Shown here: positions 47,833 through 55,023 of the stretch, in pieces
How positions within the stretch are numbered: position 1 is the stretch's first letter
How the letters are laid out: every line of letters starts with the position of its first letter
IMG/VR virus record: IMGVR_UViG_3300037469_000008
Coordinates: 1 to 55,023 of that record
From: a virus
Taxonomy: Duplodnaviria > Caudoviricetes
DNA length: 55,023 nucleotides
Reading direction: 5' to 3' (one strand)
The notes under the pieces: generated by a model
The model's database searches: none
What the model saw: the letters and a program-made list of their open reading frames with translations, nothing else
Told to the model about the DNA's origin: nothing
Program-made: the position numbers and the translations under genes

Positions 47833-48609
47833 ATGAGGCTTTCTGAAATAACAGCACAACTGGAAGAGCCGTTTGCCCTGGAAGATATTGATTTCCTTCC
47901 CAAGGGGGCTTTCGAGAAGAATGGCAACACTTTCTGTATGGGATTGCCGTTTGCAGACAAGCGGGTGTATGAGGACCGCCTGAATGTAGTCTGTCCTGAT
48001 GAGTGGGCGACTCAGGCGAGTGTGACGGTCGCCGCAGACCGGATTGTCACAGTGGTTACCGTAACAATTTGCGGGATACCGCATACCGACGTGGGCGAGG
48101 CATTTCTCGTTAAGAGCAATGGCAAACGCGAGGAGAATCCTGCAACAGAATCGTATGCTCAGGGCTTCAAACGCGCCTGTTCGCAAGCGCGCATAGGGCG
48201 CTTCCTGTATGCGCTGGGGAAGGTGTATCTTCCCTTTGATAAGCAGGACAACAAAATCCTTCTTGATGCCAATGCTTTGCGCGCCGAGGCCCGCAAATTG
48301 TATGTCAAGGCTGGTCTCATTGAATCTACGCCTCGTCGCCAGCAAGCATCGCTGTCCGCCGGGCTGCCACCAGAGCCAGAACACGGCCAGATCGCTACGC
48401 CAACTGTTTCTACTCCGCTGTCGCCTGAAGTGGGCAGTCTAAAATCGCACGCTGTCGATCTTGGCATCATTCACACGAAAGCCGATTGGGTCACATACAA
48501 ACAGCGCGTTCTGGGCACACAGGTGCGCGATGGTGCGCTGACCGACCAACACATTGCAACATTACGCGCTGCGATGGATATCGATAAGCAGCAGAAAAAA
48601 ACCAGTTAG
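47833..48609 (+). CDS. Rad52/Sak-like ssDNA annealing protein
   Basis: L.EPF...DI, D.R...DRLN.V, FKRAC...IGRFLY. Confidence 0.88.
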   Translation: MRLSEITAQLEEPFALEDIDFLPKGAFEKNGNTFCMGLPFADKRVYEDRLNVVCPDEWATQASVTVAADRIVTVVTVTICGIPHTDVGEAFLVKSNGKREENPATESYAQGFKRACSQARIGRFLYALGKVYLPFDKQDNKILLDANALRAEARKLYVKAGLIESTPRRQQASLSAGLPPEPEHGQIATPTVSTPLSPEVGSLKSHAVDLGIIHTKADWVTYKQRVLGTQVRDGALTDQHIATLRAAMDIDKQQKKTS

Positions 48610-48656
48610 CAAGCAATGGGGCAGGTCGGCAGATCCACCTGCCCCGGGAGGAAGAA

Positions 48657-49340
48657 GTGGACGTATATCACCGTGCGCGTGAAGCCGCGCAGCGAGGGGA
48701 GTGGGGAGTGGTCTGGGACATCTTCTGTGCGGATGCGGACCTGTCTGAGGATATGGATAGAATGCAGGCGCAGACGATGCGCAGGCGGATGGCCGGCCTC
48801 TGCCTGATCCTGGCTCAGGCTCACCTGGCGATGGATCATATGGATATGGCCCTGGCCTACGGGCTTGATGCCTTGGCTCTGGACGGGGATGCCGTCCAGA
48901 CATATGAGTTGCATCTGTTTATCGGATACATCCACGCCCAGATGGGCAATCAGGATGCTGCGATGACCGTTTGGCAGAGCGCCATCGAATCCGCTATACG
49001 GATGCAGCGGCCGGGTGATGCTGTCAAGGGCCTGATTCTGTTGGCTGGGCAGACACACAGACTTGAGGCTCAGCGCCTGTGTGGCAAAGCATTGAGGCTG
49101 GCAGGAGAGACCCCGCCTAGTGCGCTTCTCCTATTGTGCGCCCGGGTTGCGCACAACAACAAAGATGCAGCCGAGTGGTATCGGAAAATTTTGGCATCGC
49201 ATTCCTCAAATTCTGCCGATCGAGTGAGTGCGCATGTTGCGTTGGCTCGCCTGGCGGAAGAAGCCGGCGATATCCGGCAGGCGCTGGATCATTGGAAATA
49301 TGCGTGCAAGGAGGATGCGAGTGAAGCACGTAACGATTGA
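48657..49340 (+). CDS. TPR-like helical repeat protein
   Basis: Ala/Leu-rich TPR pattern. Confidence 0.7.
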   Translation: MDVYHRAREAAQRGEWGVVWDIFCADADLSEDMDRMQAQTMRRRMAGLCLILAQAHLAMDHMDMALAYGLDALALDGDAVQTYELHLFIGYIHAQMGNQDAAMTVWQSAIESAIRMQRPGDAVKGLILLAGQTHRLEAQRLCGKALRLAGETPPSALLLLCARVAHNNKDAAEWYRKILASHSSNSADRVSAHVALARLAEEAGDIRQALDHWKYACKEDASEARND

Positions 49341-49755
49341 TGAGTTGCAGGCCGGTCTGACTTGGGAAAATATCCATGCATGGGCGAATGCATGTCCAGA
49401 TGATTCGCCTATTGGCGACGTGGCGGCGCATAATATCTGCCCGGTCGCACGATTTCTGGGCCATTTCTGGCCGGGAAGTACATGGAGTGTATGGTCAGAT
49501 ACAATCAGCAAGACCGATAGTCCCTTAATGGGTATACCGACGCCGACGTGGCTGTCAGATGTCATCAGATCGGTAGATTTGTGCGGAGAGAGCACAATTA
49601 GCCGCCAGGATTTTCTCTCCATTCTAGAGCAGCATAAATCAGAGAGTCTGGCTGCAATGCCAGACTGCAAGGAGAATGAGATGAGCAATTATCCGTTCTG
49701 CGCAGAGCACTATGCTGCGCACGTCGAGAACATGAAAGGATGGGAGGGCAAGTGA
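49321..49755 (+). CDS. Hypothetical protein
   Basis: SD AGGAGG plus GTG; CPVARFL. Confidence 0.7.
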   Translation: MKHVTIDELQAGLTWENIHAWANACPDDSPIGDVAAHNICPVARFLGHFWPGSTWSVWSDTISKTDSPLMGIPTPTWLSDVIRSVDLCGESTISRQDFLSILEQHKSESLAAMPDCKENEMSNYPFCAEHYAAHVENMKGWEGK

Positions 49756-49973
49756 CTGAAGAAACTTGGGAATGTCACATTGCACATGCACAAATCCCCC
49801 TCTCTGAAATCGCCGGTGTGTTGTACGCACGCGTCCCGTGCAACGAGGAAGAAGCACCGTCAGGGAATTGCCACGATTGCGCAGTCGGCATCGGGCAAAT
49901 GCATGTGCCAGGCTGTGACGTGGAAAGATGTCCAAAATGTGGATGTCAGGCTATCTCCTGCGGGTGCAGTTAG
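49752..49973 (+). CDS. Cys-rich Zn protein
   Basis: CHDC..G..H.PGCD.ERCP.CG.Q.ISCGC. Confidence 0.75.
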   Translation: MTEETWECHIAHAQIPLSEIAGVLYARVPCNEEEAPSGNCHDCAVGIGQMHVPGCDVERCPKCGCQAISCGCS

Positions 49974-50024
49974 GACTGAAAAAAAGCAAGCACAGGGCTT
50001 TCAAACCACGACGAAGGAGGAATC

Positions 50025-50249
50025 GTGACTAAGCAAACGGGAAAATCTGACGTGTTTGTTTGCGGGCTCAGCGCAGAGGAGACCTACGAGATAGCGTCAG
50101 AGGCCGCCAAAGTCGGGCTCTACGGCATTGCGAATCCGAGTCCGGGACAGGTCTTCTTCCCGGACTTTGAAAATACTGAGATAGCGCAAGACCTGGCAAA
50201 GATGCTTTGCCAGGCGGGATACCGGGCTCAAACGATCCGCCACGAGTAG
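50025..50249 (+). CDS. Hypothetical protein
   Basis: SD AGGAGG plus GTG. Confidence 0.7.
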   Translation: MTKQTGKSDVFVCGLSAEETYEIASEAAKVGLYGIANPSPGQVFFPDFENTEIAQDLAKMLCQAGYRAQTIRHE

Positions 50250-50305
50250 AGTATTGGAGATGACATTGAAAAGGGACTGTTCGGTATCGATCGGGCGAGC
50301 GGTCC

Positions 50306-50426
50306 ACACAAGAGCACCGGGTGTACCGGTGCTCTTGTGTTATGCCACTACACCATAGATTGCTCCTTTCTATACGCCCCAACTTATTGCAGGTGTACCG
50401 GTGCTCTTGTATTATGCCACTACACC
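50306..50426. repeat. Two 35-bp direct repeats around a 37-bp spacer, plus 15-bp anti-repeat (CRISPR mini-array-like or att-like)
   Basis: 50320-50354 and 50392-50426 match at 34/35; 50306-50320 is the reverse complement of 50326-50340. Confidence 0.85.
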
Positions 50427-51460
50427 TGCAGTTTTGCTGCCAGCATACTGGCAATCGGATCGCCCGCCACGCGTCGCTTACGCTTTTCGATATAGCCGAG
50501 CGTGGTTTGCACATTCGTGTGGCCGAGCGCATTTTTCACATCGAGGATATCATGTCCATTGAGATTGTACCGCGTCCATGCGTGCTCATGCCGAAGCGAG
50601 TGGACAACGATATTATCAGGGATGCCCGCTGCACGGGCATAGATGCGGAATCGCCGATCAACAACACTCAAACCGATCGGCTTTGCCTGTTCCATCGGTG
50701 CCATGGCACCAGCGAAAATACTAAAAAAAATGGGTTGGAATGGGCGCATGTCGTCAAAGTTGCATCCCGCAGCCAGGTGATACGAACGTATCACCTCAAT
50801 ACACGCCGATGGCATCTCAGCGCGCTCTTTGCGGAGGCGCCACTTTGGGAGGTATTGGTACATCCATCCATGGCGGGGTTTACCTTCTTCGTAGAATATG
50901 GCTGGTTCCATATCGCCCCGCAAGAGCTCGGCGATTTCTTTACGCCTGCGTCCCGTGGCAAACAGGGCAAAAAAAATCGCATAATCGCGCTTGCCGATGA
51001 TCGTACTTCTATCAATTTGAGCAAAAAATCGATTGATTTCTCCCTCATCCATGTCTCTGTCCGCTGGTCCAGTTCCCTGCACTTTGATGTGTTTTGTTGG
51101 TAGCGTCTTGCCGCGCAGGGCTGACATCTGTTTTCCGCGATATTCCACCTCTACATTCTCGGCATAGGCATAAAATGACCGGATGGCCATTAAATACGTG
51201 TTTCGCGAAAATGGAGATAATGGATGGCCAGCGCGCATTGTAGGAATGCTCACTGGCTGACGCAGGAACGCCTCGATGTCGGATTGTCCTACCTTGTCGG
51301 GCGTCACGGCGCGCCCGTGTTTTTCGCGCAAAAACGCGAAGAATCTGCGCAGCGTCTTATCATATTGGCCCTGGGTGGTCTTGTTGTTGATTTGCGCGAG
51401 GAAGTCAGCAAATATGGTGTTCCACCGCTCGCTTCGCCAGAGTGGTTTGTCTGGCATCAT
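50420..51460 (-). CDS. Tyrosine recombinase / integrase (XerC/D-like)
   Basis: RD...TGRR..EI, HSLRH, LGH....T..Y catalytic motifs; SD GAGGAG. Confidence 0.92.
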   Translation of the reverse strand: MMPDKPLWRSERWNTIFADFLAQINNKTTQGQYDKTLRRFFAFLREKHGRAVTPDKVGQSDIEAFLRQPVSIPTMRAGHPLSPFSRNTYLMAIRSFYAYAENVEVEYRGKQMSALRGKTLPTKHIKVQGTGPADRDMDEGEINRFFAQIDRSTIIGKRDYAIFFALFATGRRRKEIAELLRGDMEPAIFYEEGKPRHGWMYQYLPKWRLRKERAEMPSACIEVIRSYHLAAGCNFDDMRPFQPIFFSIFAGAMAPMEQAKPIGLSVVDRRFRIYARAAGIPDNIVVHSLRHEHAWTRYNLNGHDILDVKNALGHTNVQTTLGYIEKRKRRVAGDPIASMLAAKLQV

Positions 51461-51499
51461 ATACTCCTCTCGGTTCCGATCCCCCGATGGAGCATCACA

Positions 51500-51588
51500 A
51501 TCATATCTTCCGACAAGAGCACGTGTCAAGAGGCAGAAATATCGAGAAATGGCTACCTCTTGCGAATTTACCGTGTCGAATATATACT
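51500..51588. promoter_or_regulatory. Divergent promoters (recombinase / late operon)
   Basis: (-) TTGACA-N18-TATGAT; (+) TTGCGA-N17-TATACT; CAAGAGG/CCTCTTG inverted repeat. Confidence 0.75.
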
Positions 51589-51615
51589 TGCAGTAAAGCA
51601 CGCCGGAGTGTGTGT

Positions 51616-51828
51616 ATGGCAAAACTGACACCAACAGGTGAGCATGAAGCCATCGATCTCAAGCGGCTTCACTCCAAGGACATCCTGTATTTGGACGATG
51701 AAATTGACACGACTCTTACAGGAAAATATCCTAACGGCGGGTTCGCCCGAATCTGCCTGGAAGTGAAGAATGGGATCGTGGGGCTCATCGAATTCATAAA
51801 AACGAGTAAGCCTGAGAACAGGCACTAA
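51616..51828 (+). CDS. Small DUF2292/YezD-like protein, late regulator candidate
   Basis: GGFARICLEVKNGIVGLIE pattern; SD GGAG. Confidence 0.6.
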   Translation: MAKLTPTGEHEAIDLKRLHSKDILYLDDEIDTTLTGKYPNGGFARICLEVKNGIVGLIEFIKTSKPENRH

Positions 51829-51835
51829 ATACAGT

Positions 51836-51903
51836 CTCGACGTAACGAGCCAAGATGCCGGACGCCGACTCTCGTCCAAGAGTTTGCGCCCGGTTTTTGT
51901 TTT
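51836..51903 (+). terminator. Small hairpin plus terminator in late leader
   Basis: CTCG-ACGTAA-CGAG; CCGGACGC...GCGCCCGG plus TTTTTGTTTT. Confidence 0.7.
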
Positions 51904-52071
51904 CGTTTGGATATCTCTCTCGCCGGGTTCGGGGATCAGCCCGGCATCGTCCTGGTGTTCTCCTGCGTATCAGGGCAGTCCGGTGAGTCTGCCCTGGGGG
52001 TGGTTTCCCGGCGCGCTGGTGCTGCTCGCGTGGTGTGTGGGCTGGCTGGCCTGAATAGAAACGAGGTTGAG

Positions 52072-52914
52072 ATGACGGATGCGCGCAACGTGTACCCGCG
52101 GCTCTGTTGGGGCTGTCTGAGTGTGATCGAGGATTACGATCATGATCGGGCGCTTATGACCTATGGTGGCTATTGTTCTTATTGCCACATAACCCGGAAT
52201 GGCGAAAAACCAGGATTGCGTGATGCGCTGCGCGGGCAAGTAGAGCGCATGAACGATGTGAGCGAACAAGAGGAATTGCAGCGAGAGGTGAGTATGAGCG
52301 ACGAACAAGAGATGGCAACAGGCGGGATTGAGTATTTCGATCCGCCAAAGACGCACTACTTTGAAAATGCGCTCGCTGGCATTGATGTTGAGCAGGTGAC
52401 AGCAGAGTCGCTGCGCAAGGCACTGGATGAGGCAGCAGAGCAGGCGCAGACGAGCACCCCAGTAAGCGAGACAGTCAGGTTGCGCACGAATGGCACGACG
52501 GAGAGTGCAAACAAGTATAGCTGGCTCGCAGGATCGGAGCCAGTCTCGAACACGCTCACGAAAGCCGACATTCGCAAGATGGTGCGCAAGGCCGTGCGGA
52601 AAGCGCTGCATGGCGAGAGTGATGGCATTGTGAACGCATACGAGCATCGCAGGGTGCGGCAGTGGGATGAGGACGGCACGGAATGGCGCGGCGTGCTGTA
52701 TCGCGTGCAGAAAGCGGGCGACAAGGCATTCCAACCGGGGACAACAGGGCGAATCGTCCCGCGGCAGAAAGGACCGAGCGGCATTTGCTGGGTATGCGGT
52801 GAGCCGGGTGAAGACATGGCGACGCTTGTGCGAGGTCCGGGCTTGCCTACGGTGCATATGCACAGCACTGAGGAATGCGTTTCTGGCGCGTATCGCAAAG
52901 ACAAGGCGAAATAG
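52072..52914 (+). CDS. Hypothetical mosaic protein with Cys motifs
   Basis: SD GAGG; internal SD plus ATG near 52294. Confidence 0.65.
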   Translation: MTDARNVYPRLCWGCLSVIEDYDHDRALMTYGGYCSYCHITRNGEKPGLRDALRGQVERMNDVSEQEELQREVSMSDEQEMATGGIEYFDPPKTHYFENALAGIDVEQVTAESLRKALDEAAEQAQTSTPVSETVRLRTNGTTESANKYSWLAGSEPVSNTLTKADIRKMVRKAVRKALHGESDGIVNAYEHRRVRQWDEDGTEWRGVLYRVQKAGDKAFQPGTTGRIVPRQKGPSGICWVCGEPGEDMATLVRGPGLPTVHMHSTEECVSGAYRKDKAK

Positions 52915-52955
52915 CAGGTGAGCGATGAGCAGGAGAAAGGTCAGGATGTGGAGCC

Positions 52956-53051
52956 GTGATCGTGCTGATTATCATTGGCGTGTGGGTGCTGATCGGCGTG
53001 ATCGTGCTGATTCGTGCGTATCGCAAGGCGACGCGCAGAGATGATTGGTGA
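52956..53051 (+). CDS. 31-aa single-TM peptide
   Basis: VIVLIIIGVWVLIGVIVLIRAYRKATRRDDW. Confidence 0.45.
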   Translation: MIVLIIIGVWVLIGVIVLIRAYRKATRRDDW

Positions 53052-53054
53052 GAC

Positions 53055-53597
53055 ATGAGCGAGAACGAGCAGGAACCTTGGGCAAGGAAAGAGAATGAGC
53101 CAAACATGTGGTATGACAGGTTCATGGTTTTCTTGCTCATGGGTCCGTCTCGTTCGCTGTTAGGGGCTGTTCACCTTGAAGAAGCGCAGAAAAGCACAGA
53201 AAAGCGTTCTCGTTCAGTCCCTGGCGCTTGGTTTGCAACGGCCAAAGAGTGGAACTGGCGAGATCGCGCAGATGCGTGGGATGAGTACCGACGTAAGCAG
53301 GTATTTACTGAGGGCAATGCGTACGATCTTACGCGCATAGAGAAACTCAATAAGTATTCTCAGCGACTGGAACGGCAGTTAGATTTGATGCTCGATGCCA
53401 TGCCAAAGAAAATACGCAAGCCCTGGTTTAACCACTTTCTGTATGAGAAATACCTGCAGTCCCTGGATGCTCTTGCACAAGAGACTGGTGGGCGTGTTAG
53501 GAAGCAAGACATCACATCTGCAGGTGAAAAGTTAGATAGCCCGCAGGTGGTTTTCTATATGCCCGATGTTCCGCCAGAGGAGGGCTATGATGGGTAG
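53055..53597 (+). CDS. Terminase small subunit (putative)
   Basis: PW.R...E....Y..F..FL.MGP.RSL, W..RA.AWD; lies before TerL. Confidence 0.75.
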   Translation: MSENEQEPWARKENEPNMWYDRFMVFLLMGPSRSLLGAVHLEEAQKSTEKRSRSVPGAWFATAKEWNWRDRADAWDEYRRKQVFTEGNAYDLTRIEKLNKYSQRLERQLDLMLDAMPKKIRKPWFNHFLYEKYLQSLDALAQETGGRVRKQDITSAGEKLDSPQVVFYMPDVPPEEGYDG

Positions 53598-54993
53598 TGC
53601 TCTTCTCTCTCCTGAACGCATCGAGGTAAAGCCGCAGGCAGGACCGCAAACCGCTTTCGTCAGTTCGCGTGCCGATATTGTTGTGTATGGCGGGAGTGCC
53701 GGGGGCGGGAAGTCCGTAGGACTTTTGCTTGATGCGCTCCGCTTTGCAGCATTAAAACCTGTTCCTGGTTACGGTGCGGTCATCTTTCGCCGCGAGGGTC
53801 CACAAATCACGAACCAGGGCGGACTGTGGGACGAGGCGAACTCTATTTACCCGCTCGCAGGCGGGAAACCCAATAAAACCTATCTTGCCTATGATTGGCC
53901 TCGCCATAAGACACGTATTCGCTTTTCGCATATGCAGTATGAACAGGATAAGTTCGCCTGGCAGGGTGCGCAGATTCCTTATATCGGTTTTGACGAACTC
54001 ACCCACTTCACGCAGGATCAGTTCTTCTATATGCTGAGCCGCAACCGATCGACGTGTGGGGTAAAGCCGCGCGTGCGAGGAACAACGAACCCCGATCCTG
54101 ATAGCTGGGTCAAAGCGTTTCTCGCTCCGTGGGTTGACTCCTCTTATCCTCGCTCAGCTCGCTCGGGTGAACTTCGCAGATTCATCCGCGACGGCGGACA
54201 GATCCACTGGCTTCCCAAAGGTGAGCACCATCCCGACGAAAAGACAGTCACTTTCATCGCCGCCAATATTTACGATAATAAAATTCTGCTCGCCAAAGAT
54301 CCCGGCTATCTCGCCAACCTCAAAGCCTTGCCACCCGTCGAACGTATGCAGCTCCTTGAGGGGGACTGGAATATCAGGCCATCGGGCAACAAGTTTAAAC
54401 GTCATTGGTTTGAGATTATCGACGCAGTGCCTGCGTCGATGGAAAAGATCGTGCGCGCTTGGGATAAAGCAGGGACCGAAGCGAAGCAGGGCAAAGACCC
54501 TGACTGGACAGTAGGCTGCAAGGTAGGGCGCAAGGATGGCTTGTACTACGTGCTGGACGTGGTACGAGACCGCTTGACGCCGGGGGCAGTTGATAGACTG
54601 GTGAAAATGACAGCAGATATGGATGGGCGCATGGTCGTCGTGCACGAAGAGCAAGAGCCGGGCAGCAGCGGCGTTGCGCAGATAGAGCGCTCTCGGCGCC
54701 TGCTTGCAGGGTATGAGTATCACGGAGTGAAATCCACAGGAAGCAAAGAAATCCGCGCGAATCCTACCTCATCGCAGGCAGAGGGCGGCAATATTAAGAT
54801 TGTGCGTAGTGCCTGGAACGAGGTATTTATCAATGAGTTGTGTGCGTTTCCAACTGCGGGTGTCCATGACGATCAGGTGGACGCGCTATCGCTGGCTATG
54901 GAACAACTTATGCCGCTAGTGAAAGACTCCAACGACCATATAGCAGACTTGCGCAGGCGCACAGAATTGGCGCAGCAAAGGAGAGCGGGATGA
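53587..54993 (+). CDS. terL: Terminase large subunit
   Basis: YGGSAGGGKS, FDELTHF, TTNP, LLEGDW, WDKA, HDDQVDA. Confidence 0.96.
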   Translation: MMGSALLSPERIEVKPQAGPQTAFVSSRADIVVYGGSAGGGKSVGLLLDALRFAALKPVPGYGAVIFRREGPQITNQGGLWDEANSIYPLAGGKPNKTYLAYDWPRHKTRIRFSHMQYEQDKFAWQGAQIPYIGFDELTHFTQDQFFYMLSRNRSTCGVKPRVRGTTNPDPDSWVKAFLAPWVDSSYPRSARSGELRRFIRDGGQIHWLPKGEHHPDEKTVTFIAANIYDNKILLAKDPGYLANLKALPPVERMQLLEGDWNIRPSGNKFKRHWFEIIDAVPASMEKIVRAWDKAGTEAKQGKDPDWTVGCKVGRKDGLYYVLDVVRDRLTPGAVDRLVKMTADMDGRMVVVHEEQEPGSSGVAQIERSRRLLAGYEYHGVKSTGSKEIRANPTSSQAEGGNIKIVRSAWNEVFINELCAFPTAGVHDDQVDALSLAMEQLMPLVKDSNDHIADLRRRTELAQQRRAG

Positions 54994-55023
54994 ATATATC
55001 AATCTCAACGAGGTATAGCCCAT

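Noticed and set aside
50320-50426. Calling this a confirmed CRISPR array
   Set aside because: Only two repeats, no cas genes or leader; kept as a repeat with alternative hypotheses
52955-53012. Duplicated CGTGATCGTGCTGATT
   Set aside because: Explained by repeated VIVLI in a small TM peptide

Overview
The window is an apparently complete temperate tailed-phage genome of about 54.9 kb. Bases 1-139 repeat at 54885-55023 with one synonymous mismatch, and terminase runs into portal across that join. Layout: (+) head, tail and lysis genes at 138-25223; (-) early, replication and DNA-modification arm at 25313-42106; a control region rich in sigma70-type promoters and structured non-coding DNA at 41.3-44.5 kb; (+) early/recombination arm at 44486-50249; (-) XerC/D-like tyrosine recombinase; (+) late leader, TerS and TerL. 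The morphology is probably siphovirus-like. A Chloroflexota (Ktedonobacteria-like) host is my impression from the proteins only, with no search run. Most unusual observations: (1) a T-TTT-TTC slippery site plus hairpin that would fuse portal to the Mu gpF-like gene by -1 frameshifting, with an overprinted ORF nested in the portal linker; (2) a promoter-to-terminator non-coding unit containing a tRNA-Pro-like mimic with a 5-nt anticodon loop and a 28-nt D-loop; (3) a 35-bp repeat / 37-bp spacer / 35-bp repeat / anti-repeat at the recombinase 3' end, whose 10-bp core recurs in the recombinase promoter; (4) a tail hub protein split mid-domain by an inserted gene; (5) a GH5 mannanase-like/CBM gene directly after the tape measure; (6) several candidate sRNAs and a LexA-like box in the switch region. 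All family assignments come from reading motifs by eye.
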